From Lysobacterales bacterium (lineage in GTDB: Bacteria > Pseudomonadota > Gammaproteobacteria > Xanthomonadales > SZUA-5), in contig JALHMH010000018.1 in assembly GCA_022844165.1 (NCBI GenBank), positions 1-64,000 on the forward strand: DNA of 64,000 nt. Direction: 5' to 3'. How positions within the stretch are numbered: the stretch's first letter is position 1; each line of letters starts with the position of its first letter. Position numbers and translations under genes: made by a program. This document shows positions 8,868 through 18,505 of the stretch, piece after piece. Under the pieces are notes generated by a model. It saw only the letters and a program-made list of their open reading frames with translations. It had not been told where the DNA came from and did not search any database.

Positions 8868-9698
8868 TCAGGCGACCCCATCTGGCGGCAGCGTGACGCA
8901 GCGATTGCGGCCGGCATTCTTGGCAGCGTACATCGCCCGGTCAGCGCGCGCCAGAAGTGCATCGGCAGTGTCGTTGGCATCGCCCAGACAGGTCACCCCG
9001 AGACTTGCGGTCACGCTACCTCTTCCGGCCATGCCGCCCCAGTCGAAAGGCATCGATTCGAGCGTAGCGCGGATGCGCTCGGCTGCTGCGTTCGCCTGCG
9101 CCAGCGTGGTACCGGGCAGGAGCGCGACGAACTCCTCGCCGCCGTAGCGTGCGATCAGGTCGTACGGCCGAAGCGCCTCGGCCAGCACCTGACCGAGGCG
9201 CTCCAGCACGGCGTCGCCCGCGGCGTGACCGAAGGAGTCGTTGATCGCCTTGAACTGGTCGACATCGATCAGGATCAGCGCGAGCGACTGCGGCTCGCGC
9301 CGACTGCGTTCGATCTCTTCCCGCAGGCGCGCCAGGAAATAGCCCCGGTTGAAGAGTCCCGTCAGGTGGTCGCGGATCACCGCAATCTGCAGCAATCCGC
9401 GGGCTTGTTCCACTTCGAAGAGCAGCCCAACCGCGTAGTAGCTGGCCAGTGGCGCGATCACCAGGGGCACGGTGAAGGCGATCGCAAGGTCGAGCGCCAG
9501 ATTGGCGATGTTGTCGACCGCCACATTGATCAGTGTGGTCAGGACCAGCGACATCAGTATGGATGCAGCCGTGATCACGGCCACCGTCGGTTTGTGCCCC
9601 ACACGCAACATCCAGCTTCGCCAGCCGTTGGTATCACCTCCGCCGAAGTCGGTCGGGGCGTTGCGGGAACCACTGGGCGGGGCGGGACGCGTTTCCAT
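8868..9698 (-). CDS. Membrane diguanylate cyclase (GGDEF)
   Basis: Two TM helices; DHLTGLFNR, DVDQFKAINDSFGHAAGD, RPYD I-site, RYGGEEF; start uncertain (9611 or 9698). Confidence 0.9.
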   Translation of the reverse strand: METRPAPPSGSRNAPTDFGGGDTNGWRSWMLRVGHKPTVAVITAASILMSLVLTTLINVAVDNIANLALDLAIAFTVPLVIAPLASYYAVGLLFEVEQARGLLQIAVIRDHLTGLFNRGYFLARLREEIERSRREPQSLALILIDVDQFKAINDSFGHAAGDAVLERLGQVLAEALRPYDLIARYGGEEFVALLPGTTLAQANAAAERIRATLESMPFDWGGMAGRGSVTASLGVTCLGDANDTADALLARADRAMYAAKNAGRNRCVTLPPDGVA

Positions 9699-10296
9699 CG
9701 GCCCGGATAGTACAGGCCGCCTGCCATGACGAAACGAGGAACCGCCCTTTTGCACACACTTTTTGCAGATGCGTGTGCACACGCGGTTCTGCCAGAGGGC
9801 AGGCACAGGAAGATACGGTTCGAATTCAATTGGTGTCGTGCGCGCGCAACGCGCCGGGCGCAGCCGGCGGTCAGCTTGAGCGAGAACCTGCCCTGACCCC
9901 GGTCTCCGGCAGGCGCCGGCTCCTGTGGCGGCTCACGGCGCGCCGACCGGCATCCCGCGCCCGTCGGGTGCACTGGCATCCTAACGGTAGTTCTCTGACC
10001 AGGTCGCCCATCCAGGCCCTCCCGTTACATAGGCGGCACCGAAGCCCCCGGTGGCACCAGGAACCGATTGTTGATCGCCTGCATGTTCGCGTAAGTGCCG
10101 CCCCCTTGCGCCTCCAGCACGAGGTTCCATGCGCTGGTGTGGAATGGTCGGTCAGCGGCGGCAGGGCAAGCGCCAGTCCGTGTGGGTGCGCAGGACTTAT
10201 GCGCTTGAGCGAGTGGGGTCCGGTCGTTCTGCAGGCCTGCGGCGTGCCGCGACAGCCGACGACAATCGGCCGCATGGGTGTGCGCATCGAGGACGC

Positions 10297-10989
10297 CTAA
10301 AGCAAAAGCCCACGCAGATCCGTCACAAATGCGCGGCCGACCGGCAGTTGCGCGCCATTGGACAAGCGTAGTCGCCAGCGGCTGCCGGGCAGGGCGCTGA
10401 AGTGCTGAACGTGCCGCAGATTCACCAACCACGTCCGATGGCAGCGCACGAATTCCATGGGCAGCAGGCTGAACAAGCGACCGAGTGGTTTGTCGTGGAT
10501 CTCGGATCGTGCGGCCAGTACAACTTCGCTGTGTTCACCATCCGCACGAAAAGCGAGCACGTCATCGAGACTGACCAGCGCGGTGCCGCGCGGCCGCCAG
10601 ACGCTCAGCCAGCGCATCGCACCGGGCCGATACTGCGCCGCACCGGCAAGGCGATCCAGCGCCAGGCCAAGGCGCTCGCGATTGAACGGTTTGGCGACGA
10701 AATCCAGCACACCCAGGGCGAAGGCTTCAAGCGCTCGTTCGGCGTGGGCGGAGACCACAACGGTGTGAAACGAACGCGCGCAGCAGCGACGCAGCAGTTC
10801 GAATCCGTCCTCGCCCTCGAGGTTGAGATCCAGCAGCACACCGTCGTAGCTGGCGCGGACCAGATGTTCCTCCGCGTCAGCCAGATCGCCCACCGCATCG
10901 AAACGCATTTTGCTCCCGGCGTGTTCGCTCGCCTGCCGCAACAAGCGTTGCCGTACCAGGGGCTCGTCTTCTACGATCAGGACCCGCAC
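10297..10989 (-). CDS. LytTR-family response regulator
   Basis: VLIVEDEP, LLDLNL, VLDFVAKP receiver domain; FVRCHRTWLVNL and LPVGR LytTR motifs; GTG start overlaps the kinase stop. Confidence 0.9.
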   Translation of the reverse strand: MRVLIVEDEPLVRQRLLRQASEHAGSKMRFDAVGDLADAEEHLVRASYDGVLLDLNLEGEDGFELLRRCCARSFHTVVVSAHAERALEAFALGVLDFVAKPFNRERLGLALDRLAGAAQYRPGAMRWLSVWRPRGTALVSLDDVLAFRADGEHSEVVLAARSEIHDKPLGRLFSLLPMEFVRCHRTWLVNLRHVQHFSALPGSRWRLRLSNGAQLPVGRAFVTDLRGLLL

Positions 10990-12707
10990 GGCCACTCCAG
11001 TTCGCTGCACCAGCGCCCCTCCTGCGGGCCGTCGGCGAACGACGCACCCTGCGGCCACAGGCGCTTCAGGCTGGCACGCACGTATCGAGTGCCAGTGCCG
11101 CCATCGGGCGTTGGCGGGGGCCGAGCGGGCGCCAACGGTGCGCACAGTACCAGGCGCAATCGGTCCCCGGGGCGTTCGATGCGGAGTGCGAATCCCTGCT
11201 CGACGCAGGCGCGAAACCCGGCGTGCGTCAAACCGTTCTCCACCAGGCAGTGCAGAACGCCGGGCGGCAGATGGATGCCAGCCGCGTCGCCCTCTACGCG
11301 AAGTTCCACATGGCCCCGTTGGGCAAGACCGGCGATGTCCAGTTGCACGCGACACAAGGCCAGCTCGTCCGCGAGCGAAACCTGATCGCGCTCACTATGC
11401 GCGCGCAGCAATCCGAAATGCTCGGCCAGCAGCTCCACCAATCGACTGGCGCGCTCGGGCGCTTGTTCGATCAGCTCTTGCAAGGACGTCAGGCTATTCA
11501 TCAGCCAATGCGGCTGTATCGCGCGGCGCAGCAACTGCAGACGCAGGCGATCACGTTCCGCGCTGAGCCGCGCATGCAGCTCGCCCAGGCGTCGCGTGTG
11601 AGCGGCGTGGTCGAGCATCAGGCATACCATCAGCAGCGCCAGCACGACAAAGTAAAGGCCATCGAGAAACGCGCCTGGCCAGTACATCGCCATTAGCGCG
11701 GCACTTAGCAGTAGCGCACACAGCGGGCGCACCTCAGGCCTGGCTCGCCAGGGTGGGCAAACGACCACGAGCGCCAACACCAGACCGCCAAACTGCACGA
11801 CCCAACTGCGCACATCGTAGCCATCCAGGCTCAGGGCCAGCGCGAGCAATAACAACCACGCCGCCCCCAGAGCACCCAGGCGCACACGGGTTGCAGCGGC
11901 GAATCGAGCGACCAGATAACAGGGTAAGAACAGCGCTGCGGCGGCATGCAGCCAGAAGATCGTCGCCAGTCGGATGGCATGCCAGTCGTAGGTATAGCCG
12001 AACAAAGATCGCCACGACTCCGCCAGCGGCAACAGCAAACCGACCGCGCCCAAGGCCAGCAGCCAGGGGCGGCCGAGATCGCGCGCCACGGTCGATTGCG
12101 CGCGTAAGTCAATAGCCCAGTAGGCCAGCGCGCTGGCGATCGCGCCCAGGGCCAGGGCGACGATCAACCAACGCCAAGCGTAGCGACGCGCCTGCGCGTA
12201 ACTGAGCACACGGATACCTGCATCGGCACTGGCCATGGATCCGATGCGATGGCTCGATGCGCGGATCATCAGCACGTGCTCATCTGGGCCGGAGATGGCA
12301 CGATCCAGAACGAACTGGCTGTCGACGCGCCCAGGCACTTCGTCTATGGCCTGAGCTGCCGGTACGCCGTTGCTGCCGATGAAACGGCCGTCCCAATACA
12401 CCTCGCTGGCGGCGCGCAGCGACAGGGTCAGCAGCCAGGCGTGGTGCGCGCCAGCATCGGGCGCTCGAACGCTAAAGCGTAACCAGTAAGGATCGCGCCA
12501 ACGCGCCAGCTCAGGCTGATCGAGCGGGCGCCATGCGTTCGTAGGCAGAGCGTTCGCCAGATCGATGGTGGATGCTGGGGCGGCGGTCATCTCCGCTTGC
12601 TCCACGGTCCACGCAGAATCGTCCTGCATATCGCTCGCCACCAGCCACAATCCAGCCAGGGCAGCGAGCAGTATCTGCAGTAGAAGGGTTTGAAATCGCC
12701 AGCTCAT
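10977..12707 (-). CDS. LytS/YehU-type sensor histidine kinase with multi-TM sensor
   Basis: IQPHWLMNSLTSL H-box, LHCLVENGLTHA, GTGT G-box; periplasmic domain followed by several TMs. Confidence 0.87.
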   Translation of the reverse strand: MSWRFQTLLLQILLAALAGLWLVASDMQDDSAWTVEQAEMTAAPASTIDLANALPTNAWRPLDQPELARWRDPYWLRFSVRAPDAGAHHAWLLTLSLRAASEVYWDGRFIGSNGVPAAQAIDEVPGRVDSQFVLDRAISGPDEHVLMIRASSHRIGSMASADAGIRVLSYAQARRYAWRWLIVALALGAIASALAYWAIDLRAQSTVARDLGRPWLLALGAVGLLLPLAESWRSLFGYTYDWHAIRLATIFWLHAAAALFLPCYLVARFAAATRVRLGALGAAWLLLLALALSLDGYDVRSWVVQFGGLVLALVVVCPPWRARPEVRPLCALLLSAALMAMYWPGAFLDGLYFVVLALLMVCLMLDHAAHTRRLGELHARLSAERDRLRLQLLRRAIQPHWLMNSLTSLQELIEQAPERASRLVELLAEHFGLLRAHSERDQVSLADELALCRVQLDIAGLAQRGHVELRVEGDAAGIHLPPGVLHCLVENGLTHAGFRACVEQGFALRIERPGDRLRLVLCAPLAPARPPPTPDGGTGTRYVRASLKRLWPQGASFADGPQEGRWCSELEWPCGS

Positions 12708-12744
12708 GCGTTGGCATCCTAGCGATGTCCAGCCCTTGCTGGAT

Positions 12745-12774
12745 GCAGTTAAACCTGCGCGTGGAGACGTTCAG
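12745..12774 (+). promoter_or_regulatory. Putative LytTR binding site (two 9-bp direct repeats, 12-bp spacer)
   Basis: GCAGTTAAA-N12-GACGTTCAG resembles the LytTR consensus [TA][AC][CA]GTTN[AG][TG]; lies between the LytS/LytTR operon and the divergent hydrolase. Confidence 0.45.
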
Positions 12775-12830
12775 CAGTCTGCCGGCCTGGTGACATGGAG
12801 ATCCTCGGCACACTGGCGCTCCCTTGATCG

Positions 12831-14405
12831 ATGGAGCACTGCATGTCCGCACGCTCACTTCTGCGCTGCACGCTGCTTTCTGCGGCCGCACTCTTTGCCA
12901 GTCTCGCCGATGCGAAAATGACTTTCGAAGCCCATCGCTTCGAAACCTTGGCGCATGGCACACACGATGCGGAGGTGGCCTTCCTCGACGTGCCGCAGCG
13001 TCACGCAAATCCCGATGGTCCGCGTTACAAACTCCGCGTGGTGCGGTTGGCTGCGCGACAACCCATGCCGGGTGCGATGCCCATCGTCTATCTCGCTGGC
13101 GGTCCCGGTGGGTCTGGCGTCGGCACCGCGCGCGGGCCGCGCTGGCCGATCTTCGACCAGATGCGCGCACAGCACGACGTGTTGTTGTTCGATCAGCGTG
13201 GCACGGGCATGTCGGATGTGCCGCCGCCCTGCGCCTTCGAGCCCTCGCCGACAGCGAACGATTTGCCCACCGCGCGTCTGGATTCGCAAGCCATTGCGCG
13301 CCGTTGCGTGGCCGAATGGCGCAGCAAGGGCATCGATCTCGACAGTTACACAACGCGCGAGAGCGCAGCCGACTTAAAGGCGCTGCAACGGGCCTACGGC
13401 AGTGCGCAAATTCAGCTGTGGGGGATGAGTTACGGAACGCATCTGGCCATCGCAGTGTTGCGCGAGCATCGGGAGATCGTATCGCGCGCCGTGCTGATGG
13501 GTGTCGAAGGCCCAGACGAAACACTGAAACTGCCGCTCAGCGCCGACCGCATGCTCGCAAGGCACGCCGCGCTGCTCGCTGCCGATCCGGCAACCCGTGC
13601 GCAATTTCCAGACCTCGTCGGCGACACCACGGCTTTGCTCGCCGAGTTGCGCGCGCGACCGCGTATAGCCAGCCGCTGGCGCCCCGGCGATACGCGTGAA
13701 GTGCAGATCACCGAATTTGCGGCGCAACGCGCCATTACAGGGAGTTTGGGTCACCGCACTACGGCACGGCGCGTGCCGTTGATGGTGCAACTGGCGCGCC
13801 AGGGCGACGACGTTCTTCTGGCCGAGTTTGTCTATGCCGTTGACCAGAGCGCCGGGCAGTTGATGGCCATGCCGCTCGCCATGGACTACGCTTCCGGCGC
13901 CAGCGCGGAGAGGTTGCAGCAGATCGAAACGGAAGCCGCGCAGAGCCTCTTCGGCCATGCGCTGAACTTTCCTTTTCCCGAAATCGGTACAGACCTTGGC
14001 TTGCCGCAGTTGGACGATGACTTTCGTGCGCCGCTGCAAAGCGCCGTACCCATCCTCATGGTCAGCGGCGATCTCGATTTGCGCACGCCGCCAGAAAATG
14101 CCGAGCGCCTGGCGCAAGGCTTGACCCAGGCCGGCCATCTGCGCATCGCAAATGCCTTGCATGACGACGACCTCTGGCTCAGCCACCCAGAGATCAGCAC
14201 CATCCTGCAGAACTTCTTCGCCGGCACCACACCGCTCGACCAACAATTGCAAGCACTGCCACCGGACTACGCCCACAACATATACGCCGAAGGCTGGCGC
14301 GAGTTCAAAACGCCCATCCTCGTCCTGATTGGAGTTCTTGTCACGCTGGCCTTGGCGTTGAGATTCGGTTGGCGCTGGTGGCGGCGGAAGTCGCTCAATG
14401 CTTAG
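12831..14405 (+). CDS. Alpha/beta hydrolase (TAP-like, peptidase S33-type) with C-terminal membrane anchor
   Basis: LAGGPGGSG, FDQRGTGMS, GMSYG nucleophile, SGDLDLRTP, His in ANALHDD; N-terminal signal; C-terminal TM plus WRWWRRK. Confidence 0.85.
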   Translation: MEHCMSARSLLRCTLLSAAALFASLADAKMTFEAHRFETLAHGTHDAEVAFLDVPQRHANPDGPRYKLRVVRLAARQPMPGAMPIVYLAGGPGGSGVGTARGPRWPIFDQMRAQHDVLLFDQRGTGMSDVPPPCAFEPSPTANDLPTARLDSQAIARRCVAEWRSKGIDLDSYTTRESAADLKALQRAYGSAQIQLWGMSYGTHLAIAVLREHREIVSRAVLMGVEGPDETLKLPLSADRMLARHAALLAADPATRAQFPDLVGDTTALLAELRARPRIASRWRPGDTREVQITEFAAQRAITGSLGHRTTARRVPLMVQLARQGDDVLLAEFVYAVDQSAGQLMAMPLAMDYASGASAERLQQIETEAAQSLFGHALNFPFPEIGTDLGLPQLDDDFRAPLQSAVPILMVSGDLDLRTPPENAERLAQGLTQAGHLRIANALHDDDLWLSHPEISTILQNFFAGTTPLDQQLQALPPDYAHNIYAEGWREFKTPILVLIGVLVTLALALRFGWRWWRRKSLNA

Positions 14406-14469
14406 CGAGGCTTCGCCTCAGACCACCGAGCATGGTTGACTTCGCTCGACAGCGTACTTGCCACAACCC
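14403..14469 (+). repeat. Partial copy (67 bp) of the repeat element at 47.2-47.5 kb
   Basis: tagcgaggcttcgcctcagacc...acttgccacaaccc matches 47341-47407 at 59/67 positions by manual alignment. Confidence 0.85.
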
Positions 14470-14674
14470 CCATCGAGCGCTGCGCGTATTTCCGGCCCGG
14501 CGGCACAGCAGCCGGTTGTTCGGCTCGGCACACGCCTTGCGGCGTTTAAGCGCCTCAGGCATGCGGCTATCCGTTTGCCCGCTCGCCGATCATGCGTTAG
14601 GCTCGCGTTCATCCGTTGAACGCAGGCGTTTGGGAGGACGCCTGCGTTTTGCGCCTTGCTCCTGAGAGTCGCGC

Positions 14675-16270
14675 ATGCCCAATCACTCCCGACTGCAAAT
14701 TCAAGCCCCGCACCACCCGGATGCGGCACGCGTTTTGAGCGCCGACGCGCTCGCGTTTCTCGAAGGCGTCGCGCGCCGATTCGAACCCGAGCGCCAGCGG
14801 CTGCTGGCTGCACGCGTGGCACGCCAGGCGCGCATCAACGCCGGCGAGCTGCCGGGCTTTAACCCCGACACCGCGGCGATTCGGGCGGGCAACTGGCGCG
14901 TGACTTCCATACCGTGGGACTTACAAGACCGCCGTGTCGAAATCACCGGCCCGGTGGATCGCAAGATGATCGTCAATGCGCTGAACTCGGGCGCGAAGAC
15001 CTTCATGGCGGACTTCGAGGATTCGAATGCGCCGACCTGGGTCAATCAAATTGGCGGGCAAGTCAACTTGTACGACGCGATCCGGCGGCAAATCGACTTC
15101 ACCTCGGCTGAGGGCAAGCACTACGCGCTGAAACAAAAGACCGCGACTCTGATCGTGCGCCCACGCGGCTGGCATCTGGATGAGGCGCATGTGTTGCTGG
15201 ACGGCCAGCCGATTTCTGGCTCGCTGTTCGACTTCGCGTTGTTCTTGTTTCACAACGGCCGCGAGTTGATAACGCGTGGCTCGGGCCCGTACTTTTATCT
15301 GCCCAAACTCGAAAGTCATTTTGAAGCGCGCCTGTGGAATCTGGTGATCGATCACTGCGAGGCCGAACTGGGCCTGCCGCGTGGTTGCGTCAAGGTCACG
15401 GTGCTGATCGAAACGCTGCTCGCGGCCTTCGAGATGGACGAGATCCTGTACGAGTTGCGCGAGCACATCGTGGGCCTGAACTGCGGCCGCTGGGATTACA
15501 TCTTCAGCTATATCCGCGCGTTTCAGACCGATGCCGCTCGTGTGCTGCCCGATCGCGCTCAGGTCACGATGGCGCAAGGCTTCCTGCGTGCCTATTCACA
15601 GCGACTGATCCAAACATGCCATCGCCGCGGCGCCTTTGCGATGGGCGGCATGGCAGCGCAAATTCCGATCAAAAACGATCCGGCTGCCAACGACGCGGCG
15701 CTGGCCAAAGTGCGCGCCGACAAAGAGCGCGAAGCCAGCGATGGGCACGATGGCACCTGGGTGGCACATCCGGCGCTGGTACCGGTGGCGATGGAGATCT
15801 TTGATCGATTGATGCCAACGCCGAATCAGCTGCATCGCCTGCGCGAAGATGTCAGCGTCAGCGCAGAGGACTTGATCCGCCCGCAGCCAGGTGCAATCAC
15901 TGAAGCCGGCGTGCGCATCAACATCAACATCGCGCTGCAGTACCTGGCCGCATGGTTCACCGGCAATGGTTGCGTGCCGATCCACAATTTGATGGAAGAC
16001 GCGGCGACGGCGGAGATTGCGCGCGCGCAACTCTGGCAGTGGACGCACGCTGGCGCGGCGATGGACAACGGCCAAACCGTTTCGCACGAACTCGTGGAGC
16101 GCCTGCTCCAGGACGAGCTGATTAAGCTGCAATCGAATGCATCGCATCCCACCGCAGCCGATTTTGCGGCAGCAGCCGGTTTGCTGCGCGAGATGGCGCT
16201 TGGCGCAACCTTCGAGAGATTCCTGACACTCCCGGCCTACGGGCTACTACTGCAACGCGAACGAGGCTAG
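14675..16270 (+). CDS. aceB: Malate synthase A
   Basis: [42 protein letters not shown] motifs. Confidence 0.97.
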   Translation: MPNHSRLQIQAPHHPDAARVLSADALAFLEGVARRFEPERQRLLAARVARQARINAGELPGFNPDTAAIRAGNWRVTSIPWDLQDRRVEITGPVDRKMIVNALNSGAKTFMADFEDSNAPTWVNQIGGQVNLYDAIRRQIDFTSAEGKHYALKQKTATLIVRPRGWHLDEAHVLLDGQPISGSLFDFALFLFHNGRELITRGSGPYFYLPKLESHFEARLWNLVIDHCEAELGLPRGCVKVTVLIETLLAAFEMDEILYELREHIVGLNCGRWDYIFSYIRAFQTDAARVLPDRAQVTMAQGFLRAYSQRLIQTCHRRGAFAMGGMAAQIPIKNDPAANDAALAKVRADKEREASDGHDGTWVAHPALVPVAMEIFDRLMPTPNQLHRLREDVSVSAEDLIRPQPGAITEAGVRININIALQYLAAWFTGNGCVPIHNLMEDAATAEIARAQLWQWTHAGAAMDNGQTVSHELVERLLQDELIKLQSNASHPTAADFAAAAGLLREMALGATFERFLTLPAYGLLLQRERG

Positions 16271-16272
16271 AC

Positions 16273-17562
16273 ATGGCGTTTTTGAGCGAAAAAGAGCTGC
16301 AAGCCGATTGGCAGAACAACCCGCGCTGGAAAGGCATCAAGCGCGCCTACTCGGCTGCGGATGTGATTCGTTTGCGCGGCACGGTGCCGGTCGAGCACAC
16401 ACTTGCCAAACTCGGCTCAGAAAAGCTCTGGCGCTATTTGCACACGGAAGACTTTGTCAACGCACTCGGCGCGCTGACCGGCAACATGGCGATGCAACAG
16501 GTGAAGGCTGGCCTCAAGGCGATTTACCTTTCCGGTTGGCAGGTGGCTGCAGATGCCAATACCGCCGGCGCGATGTACCCGGATCAGTCGTTGTATCCGG
16601 TCGATTCGGTGCCCAATGTCGTACGCCGCATCAACAATGCGCTCAAGCGCGCCGATGAGCTGCACCACGCCGAGGGCGGCGAAAACATCGATTGGATGCA
16701 GCCGATCGTGGCTGACGCCGAAGCTGGATTCGGCGGCGTGTTGAACGCCTTCGAGTTGATGAAGCACATGATTGAAGCCGGCGCTGCCGGTGTGCATTGG
16801 GAAGACCAACTGGCCAGCGCCAAGAAGTGCGGCCACATGGGCGGCAAGGTCCTCGTGCCCACCCAGGAGGCCGTGCAAAAGCTGATCGCAGCACGTCTGG
16901 CTGCCGACTGCGCCGGCGTGCCGAGCATCATCGTTGCGCGCACCGACGCACTCGCCGCCGATTTGATTACCAGCGATGTGGACGACAACGACAAGCCGTT
17001 CTGCACCGGCGAGCGCACCGTGGAAGGCTTTTATGTCACCAATATGGGTCCCGATCAAGCCATCAGCCGCGGCCTCGCTTACGCGCCATACGCCGATTTG
17101 ATCTGGTGCGAAACCGGCAAGCCAGATCTCGAATTCGCCAGACAGTTCGCCGAGGCGATTCACGCCAAATACCCCGGCAAGTTGCTCGCCTACAACTGCT
17201 CGCCGAGCTTTAACTGGAAGAAGTATCTGGACGATGCGACCATCGCCAAATTCCAGCGCGAACTCGGCGCGATGGGTTACAAATTCCAATTCATCACGCT
17301 GGCCGGATTCCACGCCCTGAACTTCTCGATGTTCCAGCTCGCCAAAGGCTACAAAGCCCGCCAGATGGCCGCGTACGTCGAGCTGCAACAAGCCGAATTT
17401 GCCGCCGAACCGCAGGGTTACACCGCGACCAAACACCAACGCGAAGTCGGCACCGGTTACTTCGATCAGGTCACCCAGGTCATCGCCGGCGCACAGTCGT
17501 CGATCACCGCGCTCAAGGGCTCGACTGAAAACGAGCAGTTTCATGCGGAGGCGGTGCACTAA
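16273..17562 (+). CDS. aceA: Isocitrate lyase
   Basis: [11 protein letters not shown] active-site motif, [10 protein letters not shown]; 2 bp after aceB. Confidence 0.98.
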   Translation: MAFLSEKELQADWQNNPRWKGIKRAYSAADVIRLRGTVPVEHTLAKLGSEKLWRYLHTEDFVNALGALTGNMAMQQVKAGLKAIYLSGWQVAADANTAGAMYPDQSLYPVDSVPNVVRRINNALKRADELHHAEGGENIDWMQPIVADAEAGFGGVLNAFELMKHMIEAGAAGVHWEDQLASAKKCGHMGGKVLVPTQEAVQKLIAARLAADCAGVPSIIVARTDALAADLITSDVDDNDKPFCTGERTVEGFYVTNMGPDQAISRGLAYAPYADLIWCETGKPDLEFARQFAEAIHAKYPGKLLAYNCSPSFNWKKYLDDATIAKFQRELGAMGYKFQFITLAGFHALNFSMFQLAKGYKARQMAAYVELQQAEFAAEPQGYTATKHQREVGTGYFDQVTQVIAGAQSSITALKGSTENEQFHAEAVH

Positions 17563-17571
17563 GATGGATTC

Positions 17572-17600
17572 GGCAGGCCGCGCTTGCGGCCTGCCATTTT
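17572..17600 (+). terminator. Rho-independent terminator after aceA
   Basis: GGCAGGCCGC-gctt-GCGGCCTGCC 10-bp stem followed by ATTTT. Confidence 0.75.
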
Positions 17601-17664
17601 AGATCGCTCAAACGGTTTTTTCGCCCGGGACAAACTGCCAGGCCGTGCTTTCACCCGTGCCTCG

Positions 17665-18438
17665 CTATCTGCTGCGCAGCGTTTCGGCAAAAAAGTCATC
17701 CATCATGTTATAGGCGCGATTCGCCACCGTGGCGTTGTATTCGGCTTGCCCCTTCATATTGGCATCGACGTCGGTGAAGGAGTGCACGGCGCCACCGAAG
17801 CTGACCAGCTGCCAATCGACATTGGCGGCGCGCATTTCGGCCTCGAATGCGTCGACCTCGGCTTTTGGCACATAAGGATCGTCCGCGCCGTGTAAAGCCA
17901 AGACTTTGGCGGTGACGTTACTACCCGCTTTGGCGCCGGTACCAAGGCCGCCGTGGAAAGAAACGACGGCCGGAAGGCTGGCACCGCTGCGCGCCAACTC
18001 GAGCACGACGGTTCCACCAAAACAGAAACCAATTGCACCGGTCGATGTCAGGTTGACCGGTGCATGGTCCTGTCCCAGAAACGTCGTCAGCGCGGCGTTG
18101 ATGCGGGTGCGCATTGCTTCAGTATCGCCCTTGACGGCGCCAGAGGCTTTGCCCGCTTCTTCCATGCTGGTTGGGCGCACATCTTTGCCATACATGTCGA
18201 CAACGTAAACCGTGTAACCGCGCGCTGCAATCTCATGCGCTTGTTTCAGGTTCGCCGCATTGATGCCCATCCAATTCGGCACCAGCAGCATTGCGCGCGG
18301 TGCGGGTTTGTCGGGGTCGTGAATCAGCGTTCCCGCGAACTCTGTGCCGTCGATCTTGAACGACAACGCCTTTTCGGCCGGGGCGGCGACAGCCATTTGA
18401 CAAGCGAAGGTGAGAACAGCAGGAAGCAAAGTGCGCAT
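17665..18438 (-). CDS. Dienelactone hydrolase family protein (exported)
   Basis: Signal peptide MRTLLPAVLTFACQMAVA; GFCFGG nucleophile, SFHGGL, HGADDP, GAVHSFT. Confidence 0.9.
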   Translation of the reverse strand: MRTLLPAVLTFACQMAVAAPAEKALSFKIDGTEFAGTLIHDPDKPAPRAMLLVPNWMGINAANLKQAHEIAARGYTVYVVDMYGKDVRPTSMEEAGKASGAVKGDTEAMRTRINAALTTFLGQDHAPVNLTSTGAIGFCFGGTVVLELARSGASLPAVVSFHGGLGTGAKAGSNVTAKVLALHGADDPYVPKAEVDAFEAEMRAANVDWQLVSFGGAVHSFTDVDANMKGQAEYNATVANRAYNMMDDFFAETLRSR

Positions 18439-18505
18439 GGTTTGGCTCCGTTGGACAGTCGGGTCAGGAGCATACGGTGTTGTTCGTGCCTCGAATTCTC
18501 TGTAT

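Noticed and set aside
7752-9710. 652-aa plus-strand ORF and similar long antisense ORFs (e.g. 536..1756, 1829..3280, 37876..39900, 42120..44456, 50368..51651)
   Set aside because: These are shadow ORFs opposite well-supported genes, expected from high-GC codon bias, and have no recognisable motifs.
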